64,000 bases of DNA from Alkalispirochaeta sp. Its GTDB lineage: Bacteria; Spirochaetota; Spirochaetia; DSM-27196; Alkalispirochaetaceae. The position numbers and the translations under genes were made by a program. Below are positions 38,428-46,427 of this stretch, one piece after another; position 1 is the stretch's first letter, and each line of letters opens with the position of its first letter. The notes beneath the pieces are model-generated. The model was not told where the DNA came from. It searched no databases and saw only the letters and a program-made list of their open reading frames with translations. Location of the stretch: NCBI GenBank assembly GCA_965601925.1, contig OZ271854.1:3520001-3584000 (forward strand), in the 5' to 3' direction.

Positions 38428-38576
38428 TGATTCCGATTTTCTATTATAACTCTATTTCTTTATGCTATGTTGCATAGTGTTGTGGAGCTGCCATGTCATT
38501 ATTCGAGAACTATCAGACCTCAATATTCATAGTATATAATCGAAAAAGATGATCATTTGTCGCAGGATATCTAATA

Positions 38577-39083
38577 GTGAGACAAGATTCGCGAATCGAT
38601 TCGCATGACAATCGGCCGTCGCCGGAACGAAGTCGGAACATGGCCTCAGTTCCGAGCAAGAATACTTCGATCGAACTAAAGGTCCGAAGTGGCTTATTCG
38701 CTCGCGGATTCCGATATCGAGTTAATGATTCTCGTCTCCCTGGAAGACCCGATTTAGTCCTCGCCAAGTACAAGGCAGTCGTGTTTGTAAACGGTTGCTT
38801 TTGGCATCTGCATGGTTGTAAACGTTCTGCCCTTCCAAAAACACGAACTGATTGGTGGAGTCACAAGTTACGCCGAAATAAAGAGAGAGACGAGGCAGCA
38901 ATCTCGCAGTTACTGCAGAAAGGTTGGCGGGTCTTGACCATATGGGAGTGCAGTATACGAACAGGGAAGACAAAGGAGAAATCGACGATGAAACAAGTGT
39001 TGGATTTAGCATCAGTCTTTCTACATTCGGATGAGCAGCGAATGGAGATCCCTTTGCTACCTCAGTACATTGCTGGTAAGTGA
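38577..39083 (+). CDS. vsr: Very short patch repair endonuclease
   Basis: RSRNMASVPSKNT..E, LPGRPDLV, FVNGCFWHLH, GWRVLTIWEC. Confidence 0.95.
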   Translation: MRQDSRIDSHDNRPSPERSRNMASVPSKNTSIELKVRSGLFARGFRYRVNDSRLPGRPDLVLAKYKAVVFVNGCFWHLHGCKRSALPKTRTDWWSHKLRRNKERDEAAISQLLQKGWRVLTIWECSIRTGKTKEKSTMKQVLDLASVFLHSDEQRMEIPLLPQYIAGK

Positions 39084-39086
39084 GTT

Positions 39087-41237
39087 ATGGAAGAAAACAA
39101 AAATTTGGAAGTATCAAATCAGGTTAAGTTCAGTATGCACCCGAGGGTCTTTGCTGCCTTGGGAGCAGACCTGGTGACAAACGACGTCGTCGCCGCCATA
39201 GAGGTTGTGAAGAACTCATATGACGCTTTTGCCAAAAATGTCTGGGTCACCTTCGGTACGGACGAAACAATGGGCGACTACCTCGAGATAAAAGATGACG
39301 GCTACGGAATGTCCAAGGCTACAATCGAGAACGTATGGTTTGTGGTAGCTACGCCGTTTAAGAAAGAAAACCCGATTGTGGTAGACGGAAAGAAAACGCG
39401 GCGGGTGTCCGGAGAAAAAGGGTTAGGACGATTATCTGTCGCACGGCTTGGTCACAAGCTGCAAATACTTACACAGGAACTCAACGGGCCTTGCTGGGAG
39501 ATATCAGTCAATTGGTCTGCTCTCGAGAACAACTTAGAGTCAGACGGTGACACTGCGAGCTATTACCGTTATCGGGAAGATTCGCCTTTCAAGGTTTCAG
39601 GCACCATTGTTCGTGTATACGAGCTCAATAATCGTTGGAACAAAGAGCGTGTTGCGGAGTTAGAAGATAACCTGGCAAGAATGATATCGCCTTTTGCAGA
39701 AGTTGGCGATTTCAATATTTTCTTGTCGAACCCATGGAACCGGAATGCGGGGGAGGTGCGAGTAGAGTCTCCCGAGTTTCTTTCGAGCCCGAAGTACAAG
39801 TTATCCGGCAAAGCAGACGAGTCAGGTAGTGTCACGGCAAGTTACCGGTACGCTCCGCTAAACAACAGGAAAAAGAGGTCCGCAGAACTACGCTTGAGCT
39901 GGGAGCAAATCTACGATTCGATGCAGGATGCAGAGAAACACAAATATGAAAGCAGTGCCGCGCACTGCGGTGGTTTTGATTTTGAAATTCGTGCATGGGA
40001 TGTTGGCGCAGAGGACACCGCGGCAATCGCCACACGTTTTGATTTTCGTAAGAGCCAGGTGAGAAAGGCGATAAAGGCGCACAAAGGTATATCCGTATAC
40101 CGCGACGGGATACTTGTTCTGCCGAAGTCTGATAACGCGCGAGACTGGCTGGGATTAGATCTGCGGCGAGTTAGTCGTGTAGGCACCCGGCTTAGCACCA
40201 GCCAAATCGTGGGGTATGTTTCTATCTCTGCTGAAGACAACCCCGAGGTAAACGATACGAGTGATCGAGAAAGACTTGTATCAGGACGTGCAGTTGGGGA
40301 ATTTGAAGAGATTCTCAAAGCAGCGATTGGTCTACTTGAGAATGAGCGCGCCAACGACAAAGAAACTATGAATCCGAGTGAGCCCATGACAGATCTTTTT
40401 GGCGGTTTGTCTGCCGAAGAGGTGCTCGCCGAAGCCATCGCGTTGGTAAATGAAGGCGCTGAAGCGGCCGATGTTATTCCCTTACTACAGTCTTTCAATA
40501 GCAACTTGACCGCAACTCAACAAACGATACGAGAAAGATTCGTTTTTTATAGTCGCTTGGCTACGGTCGGTACAATTGCCCACATGTTGGTTCACGAAAT
40601 CAGGAACAGGACCACTGCGTTGGGTGTGTTTTTGTCTTCTGTACGTGATCGATTCGGACCATTTCATGATGAAGAAGTGTTAGAAGAGTACCGAATGGCG
40701 GTCGCCTCAATAAACTCGCTCGAACGCCTCGCTGATACATTCTCTCCGCTTGCAAATCGCGGTTTTCGACGCGGAAAGCGAACATGCATAGTAGAAGATC
40801 AAATCCGAGACAGTCTCACTCTTCAGCAAACAGAGATTGAGGCGAAGAGGGTCGAATGTCAGGTGCCGGCTACAGACACCAAAGTCACAATCGATCCTGG
40901 AGAGTTGGATAGCGTACTTTTGAATCTTGTTAGTAATGCTCTTTACTGGCTAAGCACTGACAAGTCAAAGGGTCGTCAACTGAAGTTTAGTCTGACGGAT
41001 ATTGATGACGGCAAAAGAGTACGGGTTTGGGTGCATGACAACGGGCCCGGGATTGAGCGCGATGATGTGGAAAAAGTGTTCTGGCCCGGCATCACGCGAA
41101 AGCCGGGCGGCATCGGAATGGGACTTACTGTTGCATCAGAAGTCGTTGCCGCACATGGCGGACATATGACGATCAAGACACCAGGCACACTCGGTGGAGC
41201 GTCTTTCGCATTTGATCTTCCATTAGCAAAGGATTGA
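39087..41237 (+). CDS. MORC/GHKL-type ATPase fused to a C-terminal histidine kinase
   Basis: N-terminal EVVKNSYDA, DDGYGM, GEKGLGRLS; central VYRDG..DWLGLD; C-terminal LVHEIRN, NLVSNA, DNGPGI, GIGMGL. Confidence 0.88.
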   Translation: MEENKNLEVSNQVKFSMHPRVFAALGADLVTNDVVAAIEVVKNSYDAFAKNVWVTFGTDETMGDYLEIKDDGYGMSKATIENVWFVVATPFKKENPIVVDGKKTRRVSGEKGLGRLSVARLGHKLQILTQELNGPCWEISVNWSALENNLESDGDTASYYRYREDSPFKVSGTIVRVYELNNRWNKERVAELEDNLARMISPFAEVGDFNIFLSNPWNRNAGEVRVESPEFLSSPKYKLSGKADESGSVTASYRYAPLNNRKKRSAELRLSWEQIYDSMQDAEKHKYESSAAHCGGFDFEIRAWDVGAEDTAAIATRFDFRKSQVRKAIKAHKGISVYRDGILVLPKSDNARDWLGLDLRRVSRVGTRLSTSQIVGYVSISAEDNPEVNDTSDRERLVSGRAVGEFEEILKAAIGLLENERANDKETMNPSEPMTDLFGGLSAEEVLAEAIALVNEGAEAADVIPLLQSFNSNLTATQQTIRERFVFYSRLATVGTIAHMLVHEIRNRTTALGVFLSSVRDRFGPFHDEEVLEEYRMAVASINSLERLADTFSPLANRGFRRGKRTCIVEDQIRDSLTLQQTEIEAKRVECQVPATDTKVTIDPGELDSVLLNLVSNALYWLSTDKSKGRQLKFSLTDIDDGKRVRVWVHDNGPGIERDDVEKVFWPGITRKPGGIGMGLTVASEVVAAHGGHMTIKTPGTLGGASFAFDLPLAKD

Positions 41238-41240
41238 AAT

Positions 41241-42371
41241 ATGGCAGAACTTGACCACAGAAGGGTTTTGTTTATCGATGACCAACCAGAAGTAGTTCGG
41301 CCCGCGAGGTTAGCTGCTGAACGGAAAGGAGCGATATGCAAGACTACTTCATTCCCGGACGCCGAATCGGAAATAGGAAACTTTGAGCCCGACGTTGTTG
41401 TGGTTGATCTTTTCAATGGTGAACCCCCAGAGGGGGAACAGGCAGGACAAAACACTATCGAGTTTGTGTGGGATCACCGGTTCTGTCCGATCATTGTGTA
41501 CTCCGCTTTCCCGGATTATGCGGATGATGTTCCGAAAAATCATCCTTTTGTCAAACTTGTCAGAAAGGGAGCAAAGAGTCCTGATGAAGTATGTCAGGCG
41601 CTCAGCGATTACGAACGCCACATCGAATCGATTCACGCCGCCGACATAGACACACGAAAGGCGTTTGCTTTGGCAATTCGTGACGTGGCACCATACGCAT
41701 TCCGTCACTTTGAAACCGAAGAAGCAAGAAATGATGCAATCATTCGCGGCGGAAGACGACGCTTGGCGGCCATGATGGACGAAATGCCTCTTGACAGAGA
41801 ACAGCTCCAAAGCTGGGAGCAATACCTTTGTCCACCTATACGTTCGAGTCTTCAGTTGGGTGACGTGTTGGTCAAGCAAGGTCACAATGACCTTCACGCT
41901 TCAAGTTATCGGATTGTTCTTTCACCGTCGTGTGATCTTGCCACCGACAACGGGCGCACCCCAAAAGTCAAGAATGCTCTCGTTGCTCGCTGTATCGGAT
42001 TTCCGGAAGCATTGGAAAAAATGGAAGTCAGCAAAAAGCCCAAGAAGAACAGGGAGAAGCTCAATAAAATTCTGTCGCAAGGCTACACTGCGGAGCTGCT
42101 TCCCTTACCTGAACTGCAAGGCCGAATTCCACATATGGTCGCCGATCTAAAAGACCTGGAGCTCATAAAACTGACCGATGGTGGAGCGCTTGAGAAGCCA
42201 TATCGACGTATAGCGTCCGTAGATAGTCCATTTCGTGAGCTGGTATCTTGGGCCTACATACAAACGGCCGGACGTCCCGGACTACCCAGCAGAGACACAA
42301 TAAGGTGGACGGAGTCGATCCAAACTTGGATTGACAGTACTACCTCGGACAGTATTGATGAAGGCGATTGA
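41241..42371 (+). CDS. Receiver domain protein with an uncharacterised (PemK/MazF-like) C-terminal domain
   Basis: VLFIDD, VVVVDL, IIVYSA, VRK receiver motifs; C-terminal LGDVL..IVLSPSCDL..ALVA..RIASVDSPF..RPGLP. Confidence 0.78.
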   Translation: MAELDHRRVLFIDDQPEVVRPARLAAERKGAICKTTSFPDAESEIGNFEPDVVVVDLFNGEPPEGEQAGQNTIEFVWDHRFCPIIVYSAFPDYADDVPKNHPFVKLVRKGAKSPDEVCQALSDYERHIESIHAADIDTRKAFALAIRDVAPYAFRHFETEEARNDAIIRGGRRRLAAMMDEMPLDREQLQSWEQYLCPPIRSSLQLGDVLVKQGHNDLHASSYRIVLSPSCDLATDNGRTPKVKNALVARCIGFPEALEKMEVSKKPKKNREKLNKILSQGYTAELLPLPELQGRIPHMVADLKDLELIKLTDGGALEKPYRRIASVDSPFRELVSWAYIQTAGRPGLPSRDTIRWTESIQTWIDSTTSDSIDEGD

Positions 42372-43413
42372 TTTTTTTTGCGGGGCTGGAGGTCTCTCGA
42401 GAGGACTTATCGATGCCGGCATCGACGTTGTGGCAGGAATCGATCTCGACGCATCGTGTCGAACTACATACGAACACAATAATCACAAATCAGCGTTTAT
42501 TGAGGCCGACGTCTCAGATTTAGATGAACACTCTCTCTGTAACTATCTAAAAGGAGCTACCTCTAAGGAGTTGCTTTTCGCAGGGTGCGCGCCTTGCCAG
42601 CCTTTCAGTAAGCATACCCGCGGTCCGAGAAAGCGAAAGGATGCAAGGATTCTAAGCCACTTCGGGAGACTGATCGCAGCTTACAAGCCCGGCTTCGTTT
42701 TGATTGAGAATGTACCCGGGATTGCCAAGGTTGGGGGCTACAGTACGTTTAAACGTTTCCTCCAGACACTCGGTACCAATGGCTATCGATATGCATTTGA
42801 AGTACTGGACGCAAAATGGTACGGAGTTCCGCAGAATCGTCGTCGTTTGGTGCTTATTGCGACCTTGGGAATGCCTGCTTCCCTTCCAAGACCTCGGTAC
42901 GGCAAAAATCTGCGGCGCTTTCGCACGGTTCGTGATGCCATTTCGCACTATCCAGCGATAAAGGCCGGTAAGACTGATGAGTCTTTTCCTAATCATGTTG
43001 CCGCGTCGGTCTCTGCTAAGAATCTGGAACGACTCCAAAATACTCCCCACGACGGTGGAGATCGTCGTTCTTGGCCAACACATCTTGAGTTAGCTTGCCA
43101 CTCAGGTGAGCACACAGGACATACGGATGTCTATGGAAGGATGTACTGGCATCGCCCAGCTCCTGCGATCACCGGGCGTTGCAACAGCCTTTCAAATGGG
43201 AGATACGGGCATCCCGAACAAGACAGAGCGATATCTCTACGGGAAGCTGCTGCAATTCAGACCTTTCCTGACCGCTATGTCTTTTTCGGATCTAACAAGA
43301 GTGTTGCGCAGCAAATAGGAAACGCAGTTCCAGTTAGAATGGCAGAGGAAATTGGGCGACACATTCTGAGGTTAGCCACAAAGACACAAGTAGCGGAAAC
43401 TGCAGAATTTTAG
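42358..43413 (+). CDS. DNA (cytosine-5)-methyltransferase
   Basis: DFFCGAGG, APCQPFS, IENVPG, VPQNRRR, REAAAIQTFP, QIGNAVP. Confidence 0.96.
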   Translation: MKAIDFFCGAGGLSRGLIDAGIDVVAGIDLDASCRTTYEHNNHKSAFIEADVSDLDEHSLCNYLKGATSKELLFAGCAPCQPFSKHTRGPRKRKDARILSHFGRLIAAYKPGFVLIENVPGIAKVGGYSTFKRFLQTLGTNGYRYAFEVLDAKWYGVPQNRRRLVLIATLGMPASLPRPRYGKNLRRFRTVRDAISHYPAIKAGKTDESFPNHVAASVSAKNLERLQNTPHDGGDRRSWPTHLELACHSGEHTGHTDVYGRMYWHRPAPAITGRCNSLSNGRYGHPEQDRAISLREAAAIQTFPDRYVFFGSNKSVAQQIGNAVPVRMAEEIGRHILRLATKTQVAETAEF

Positions 43414-43459
43414 AACAGAATGCGGCCGGTAGATTGGAAGGATAGCATGTCCTCATGTG

Positions 43460-43565
43460 ACATAACGCTGAGCGGCGAAGCCGTCCCGAAGCAGAAGGCT
43501 TGGCGCATGTCTTTCGTGAAGCAATGTGTGTGAAACGGTTTTAACGGCTCTAACGTTGTACTAGT
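43460..43565 (-). other. Degenerate attC site
   Basis: acataac-gctgagc-ggcgaagccgtcccgaagcaga..ggcttggcgc aligns to the attC at 44651 but lacks the 5-nt spacer; distal R box decayed. Confidence 0.7.
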
Positions 43566-43667
43566 TTCGGTTTTGTTTTACGTGTCTATCTCGTTCATTG
43601 ATGCCTTTTTACCGAGTGGCTGAAGCACGAAGCCCAACCACCCGGTAGTACTTATTGGAATGAAGCC

Positions 43668-43934
43668 TTACGAGGCTTTTTCTTGGTGGCACGTTTGCTT
43701 GCTGGCGCGTGCCGCCACTTTGAAAATGCATCCATCACATTGACCCTTCGGACTTCTGCACCGGCAGGCGGCACAGACATCATAGAGATCAAAGTCCTTT
43801 ATTGCGTCGAGGATGAGGCGATCCAATGTCTTTGTCATTGGTTCATTCTTGAACCACGCCATTCGCCTAAGCGCAAAGACCGCATCGCGGCTCACCTTTG
43901 GGACATACGTACCGGCAGATTTTGTTGTGTGCAT
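43668..43934 (-). CDS. Small hypothetical protein, RHH-like with Cys cluster (copy 2)
   Basis: 88-aa paralogue of 37173-37439. Confidence 0.68.
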   Translation of the reverse strand: MHTTKSAGTYVPKVSRDAVFALRRMAWFKNEPMTKTLDRLILDAIKDFDLYDVCAACRCRSPKGQCDGCIFKVAARASKQTCHQEKAS

Positions 43935-44301
43935 CTTGTGCACCTCCATACATGATGTATGCGGGAAAGCCGTGCTTGGTCCCGCACCGGAGGTTTCTTC
44001 GGAGCAATATGTCTTCGATATTTCGCCGTCCATCAATCACGGCGAGAATCAGTACTCGATCAGATTCTTGCGTATAAAACACGCGCCATGGCGCGACGAT
44101 GATTTCTCGATATTTCGTGATGTTCTGTTGTTCGAGTTCCGGAATGATCCGTCCGGTATCCGGGAATTCTGACAATCGCGATACTTCAGAATCAATTTTT
44201 TCTGAGATGTTCTTCGCAATCATCGCCGACGAATGGTTGATGATCCAATCAATGATTTCTCGGAAGTCCGTCGCCGCGCTCGCGGCCCATGTCACAATCA
44301 T
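43867..44301 (-). CDS. RelE/ParE toxin copy 2 with lost stop codon (C-terminal read-through)
   Basis: Matches copy 1 up to LLRRNLR, then continues 39 aa because a deletion removed the stop. Confidence 0.8.
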   Translation of the reverse strand: MIVTWAASAATDFREIIDWIINHSSAMIAKNISEKIDSEVSRLSEFPDTGRIIPELEQQNITKYREIIVAPWRVFYTQESDRVLILAVIDGRRNIEDILLRRNLRCGTKHGFPAYIMYGGAQDAHNKICRYVCPKGEPRCGLCA

Positions 44302-44304
44302 AAA

Positions 44305-44576
44305 TCAATCAGAAATGCGACCATAGATATCATCCATGACCGACTTATGATCGACAGTTCGGTTGTCTGAAATATCCTTTTCACTTTGCGAGATGAGTTT
44401 CATCAGTCCAAGGGCATCTTTCATTTCCTGATACGTTTCGTGTCTAACAATACTGCCCGTGCTTCGCCATTTTGAGTGATTAATATCGGATTATGAGTGT
44501 CATTGACTTGCCGCAACATTTCCGCCGCGTTGCTCTTCACATACGAAATAGGACGAATATCTGAACGAAGATTCAT
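44305..44576 (-). pseudogene. Frameshifted Phd/YefM antitoxin (copy 2)
   Basis: 272 bp versus 273 bp in copy 1; tttcggtatctaac becomes tttcgtgtctaac near 44440. Confidence 0.85.
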
Positions 44577-44650
44577 AACCAGCCTCCCGGTTCAAATAAC
44601 GTACTTTATTTGGTCTGTTTACGCAATTCGTTTGGGGTAACGCAGAAGCA

Positions 44651-44764
44651 ACATAACACCGAGCTGAGCTGCAAAGCCGGCCCGGAGCAGAGCGGAGGGC
44701 TTGGCGCGGGCCTTGCGTACCGCAAGGCGCGTGCCAAAGGCTTTGACTGCTCCAGCGTTATGTT
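44651..44764 (-). other. Integron attC site interrupted at R'' by IS1182
   Basis: ACATAAC-ACCGA-GCTGAGC..AAAGCC...GGCTTT..GCTCCAGC-GTTAT-GTT|IS|GTTATGT (46427-46433). Confidence 0.87.
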
Positions 44765-46426
44765 GAGACTGTCGCACAACGCAGTCGTGGTCTGCTAGCA
44801 TCGTGCCTGGGAGGAGCCAATGCCGAACTACCGAGGAAACGAGGGGCAGGATCTCATGATTCCGGTGTGCCTGGATGATCAGCTGGTGCCGGGTACCATC
44901 GAACACGCCATCACCTGGATCGTCGACCACGAGATCGATACGTCGGTGTTCGATGCAGCCTATCACAACGACCACGGCGGTCGCCCGGCCTGTGATCCGG
45001 CCGCGCTGGTGAAGATCATCTTGTTCGCCTACTCCCGGGGCATCCTCTCCTCACGGAAGATCGAGGAAGCCTGCCGGACCAACATCGTGTTCATGGCCCT
45101 CAGTGGTGATATCCGGCCCGACCACGCCACGATCGCCCGGTTCGTTACCGGCCATCCCGCGGCGGTTCGTCGTGTGTTCCGGGATGTGCTGATGATTGCG
45201 GCACAGGGCGATCTGATCGGTGGGGACGTGTTTGCACTGGACGGCTGCAAGATCAGCTCGAACGCCGCCCGAGAGCACGCGGGGACGCGACGGGAACTGG
45301 AGAAGAAGAGAGCGAAGCTTGAAGCACGTCTTGAGGCGATACTGCTCACTCATCGCGGCGCAGATGAGGCATGCACCTCCGATAACGACGATCAACAGGG
45401 CAGACCCGGTTCAGGGACAGCTGATCGCTACCGGGCGCAGATCGACCGCATCAAAGGATTCCTCGACGCCCATCCACCCCGCACCGGCACCAGCGGACGC
45501 GAGGTGAAATCCAACATCACCGACAATCAGAGTGCCACACTGAAAACCGGGAGTGGCTACATCCAGGGCTATAACGCGCTGGCGATGGTGGATGCGAAGC
45601 ACCAGATCGTGCTACACGCTGAACCGGTCGGTCAGATCCATGAGGCACCGCTGCTGCCACGGATGGTGCGCCGGTCACTGCATACACTGCGCAGGTTCGC
45701 ACATCCCCAGGCCTGCACACCGACCATCCTCGCTGATACCAACTATTTCACCGAATCCAACGCCCGGTTCCTGATCGACTCTGATCTCGACGGCTATATC
45801 CCCGACCATCAGTTCCGGAATCGGGACATGCGATTCGCGGATCGGAGTCGATCGCGCCGGGCGGCACACCGGCGCTTCACCCAAGCCGATTTCCTCTACC
45901 AGAGCGACACCGACAGCTATCGTTGTCCGGCCGGCAAGACGTTGCGACGGCGCACCCGGGAGGTGGTTGCCGGGCGTCGTGGTACGCGCTATGAAGCGAA
46001 GCAATCAGACTGCAGTGCATGCGATCTCACCTCCCGCTGTCTGATCCGTACTGCAACCCGGCGTAGACTCTTCCGCGGTGACGGTCCAGCCGGGACCTAT
46101 GCCCAACAGATGCGTGATCGGATCGACACCGAACGGGGTCGACGGATGTACGCCAGACGCATGGGTATCGTGGAGCCGGTCTTTGCGAACATCACCGCCA
46201 CCAAGGGCATGCGACGATTCACGCTCCGAGGCCGGGCGAAGGTCCGCATTCAATGGCTCCTGTACACGCTGGTGCACAACATCGAAAAGATCGCCACCAC
46301 CGGGCTGATTCATCGGTTAGTCGGAGTTTGATCCGGGTGGGTGGCGGGTTGAAGAATGCCTGGCCACGATCACTGGCCGTGAACTACTCGCTCCGCGTGG
46401 GTTCCCACGCGTTGTGCGACAGCCTC
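44765..46426 (+). mobile_element. IS1182-family insertion sequence
   Basis: 18-bp IRs GAGACTGTCGCACAACGC / GCGTTGTGCGACAGCCTC (1 mismatch), flanked by duplicated GTT. Confidence 0.92.
44820..46331 (+). CDS. IS1182-family transposase
   Basis: GGRPACDP, SSRKIE, PDHATIARF, ALDGCKI, GYN, YRCPAG, VEPVFANI, HNIEK. Confidence 0.94.
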   Translation: MPNYRGNEGQDLMIPVCLDDQLVPGTIEHAITWIVDHEIDTSVFDAAYHNDHGGRPACDPAALVKIILFAYSRGILSSRKIEEACRTNIVFMALSGDIRPDHATIARFVTGHPAAVRRVFRDVLMIAAQGDLIGGDVFALDGCKISSNAAREHAGTRRELEKKRAKLEARLEAILLTHRGADEACTSDNDDQQGRPGSGTADRYRAQIDRIKGFLDAHPPRTGTSGREVKSNITDNQSATLKTGSGYIQGYNALAMVDAKHQIVLHAEPVGQIHEAPLLPRMVRRSLHTLRRFAHPQACTPTILADTNYFTESNARFLIDSDLDGYIPDHQFRNRDMRFADRSRSRRAAHRRFTQADFLYQSDTDSYRCPAGKTLRRRTREVVAGRRGTRYEAKQSDCSACDLTSRCLIRTATRRRLFRGDGPAGTYAQQMRDRIDTERGRRMYARRMGIVEPVFANITATKGMRRFTLRGRAKVRIQWLLYTLVHNIEKIATTGLIHRLVGV

Positions 46427-46427
46427 G

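Larger units (their letters stand above)
43607..44657 (-). repeat. Copy 2 (decaying) of the duplicated TA + small ORF cassette
   Basis: Homologous to 37111-38313, with a 144-bp deletion and a 1-bp deletion. Confidence 0.92.

Noticed and set aside
38577..43413. Ordinary type II restriction-modification system
   Set aside because: No recognisable PD-(D/E)xK, HNH or GIY-YIG restriction endonuclease; Vsr is a repair nickase
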